Part shown: piece after piece, positions 63,565-64,000 of the stretch | Layout of the letters: each line of letters opens with the position of its first letter | Position numbering within the stretch: position 1 is the stretch's first letter | Source: the human T2T-CHM13v2.0 reference genome, Homo sapiens | Reading direction: 5' to 3' | Assembly (NCBI GenBank): GCA_009914755.4 | Contig: CP086569.2 | Location: 15,072,001 to 15,136,000, forward strand | DNA: 64,000 nt | The notes under the pieces: model-generated | Seen by the model: the letters and a program-made list of their open reading frames with translations, nothing else | Database searches by the model: none | What the model was told of the DNA's origin: nothing | Program-made: the position numbers and the translations under genes

Positions 63565-64000
63565 GATATTTTTTAAAAAATTCCATAATTTATTGGGATA
63601 CAGGTGTTATCTGATTACATGAATAAGTTCTTTAGTGGTGATTTTTGAGATCCGGGTGCACCCATCACCCAAACCCCCATCACCCAAGCACCATACACTG
63701 CACCGTATTTGTTGTCTTTTGTCTCTTGCCCCTCTCTCACTCTTCCCCCCAAAGCCCCAAAGTCCATTTTATCATTCTTATGCCTTTGCATCCTTATATC
63801 TTAGCTCCCACATACCGGGCAGAACACACAATGTTTGGTTTTCCCTTCCTGAGTTAATTCACTTAGAATAGTAGCCTCCAGTCCCGCTCAACTCATTACA
63901 AATGCTGTTAATTCATTCCTTTTTATGGCTGAGTAGTATTCCATCATATATGTGGCACAGTTTTTTTGTCCTCTCATTGATTGATGGGCATTTGAATTGG
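63565..64000 (-). mobile_element. L1 3' fragment (3'UTR/ORF2 end, L1PA/L1PB-like), antisense, running off the window end
   Basis: Reverse complement of the L1 3'UTR: …gggatacaggtgttatctgattacatgaataagttctttagtggtgatttttgagat…ccccaaagtccattttatcattcttatgcctttgcatcc…ttcattcctttttatggctgagtagtattccatcatatatgtggcacag…. Confidence 0.8.

Overview
This window reads as primate, almost certainly human, nuclear DNA from an AT-rich, gene-poor region. I found no convincing protein-coding exon, no CpG island, and no tRNA, rRNA or CRISPR array. Every long ORF in the six-frame track falls inside a transposable element or a low-complexity tract.

Roughly half the window is interspersed repeats. I count at least 18 Alu SINEs, including one near-consensus AluYa5 (28402-28708) and one AluYb8 (31724-32027), both with perfect target-site duplications (TSDs). 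There are five L1 insertions (six L1 features): a near-full-length 6.2-kb L1PA with a perfect 17-bp TSD (40840-47009), two elements with twin-priming-type 5' inversions (16785-21362 and 58771-59534), and three 3' fragments. There is a class I endogenous retrovirus env remnant with its 3' LTR (160-2480), with recognisable similarity to HERV-W/syncytin-1. There are two THE1/MaLR LTRs, one MLT/MST-like LTR, a MER30-like DNA transposon, a MIR, several microsatellites and one minisatellite.

Structures worth a second look are a 47-bp inverted-repeat hairpin at 31567-31721, an AT-rich palindrome at 13539-13746, and a ~580-bp polypurine (GGAA-like) tract at 35698-36279. I see no evidence of a novel operon-like or defence-type system; the interesting content is recent retrotransposon activity and non-B-DNA-forming repeats. 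Element family names are from memory of consensus sequences, and all coordinates are accurate to about 5-10 bp.
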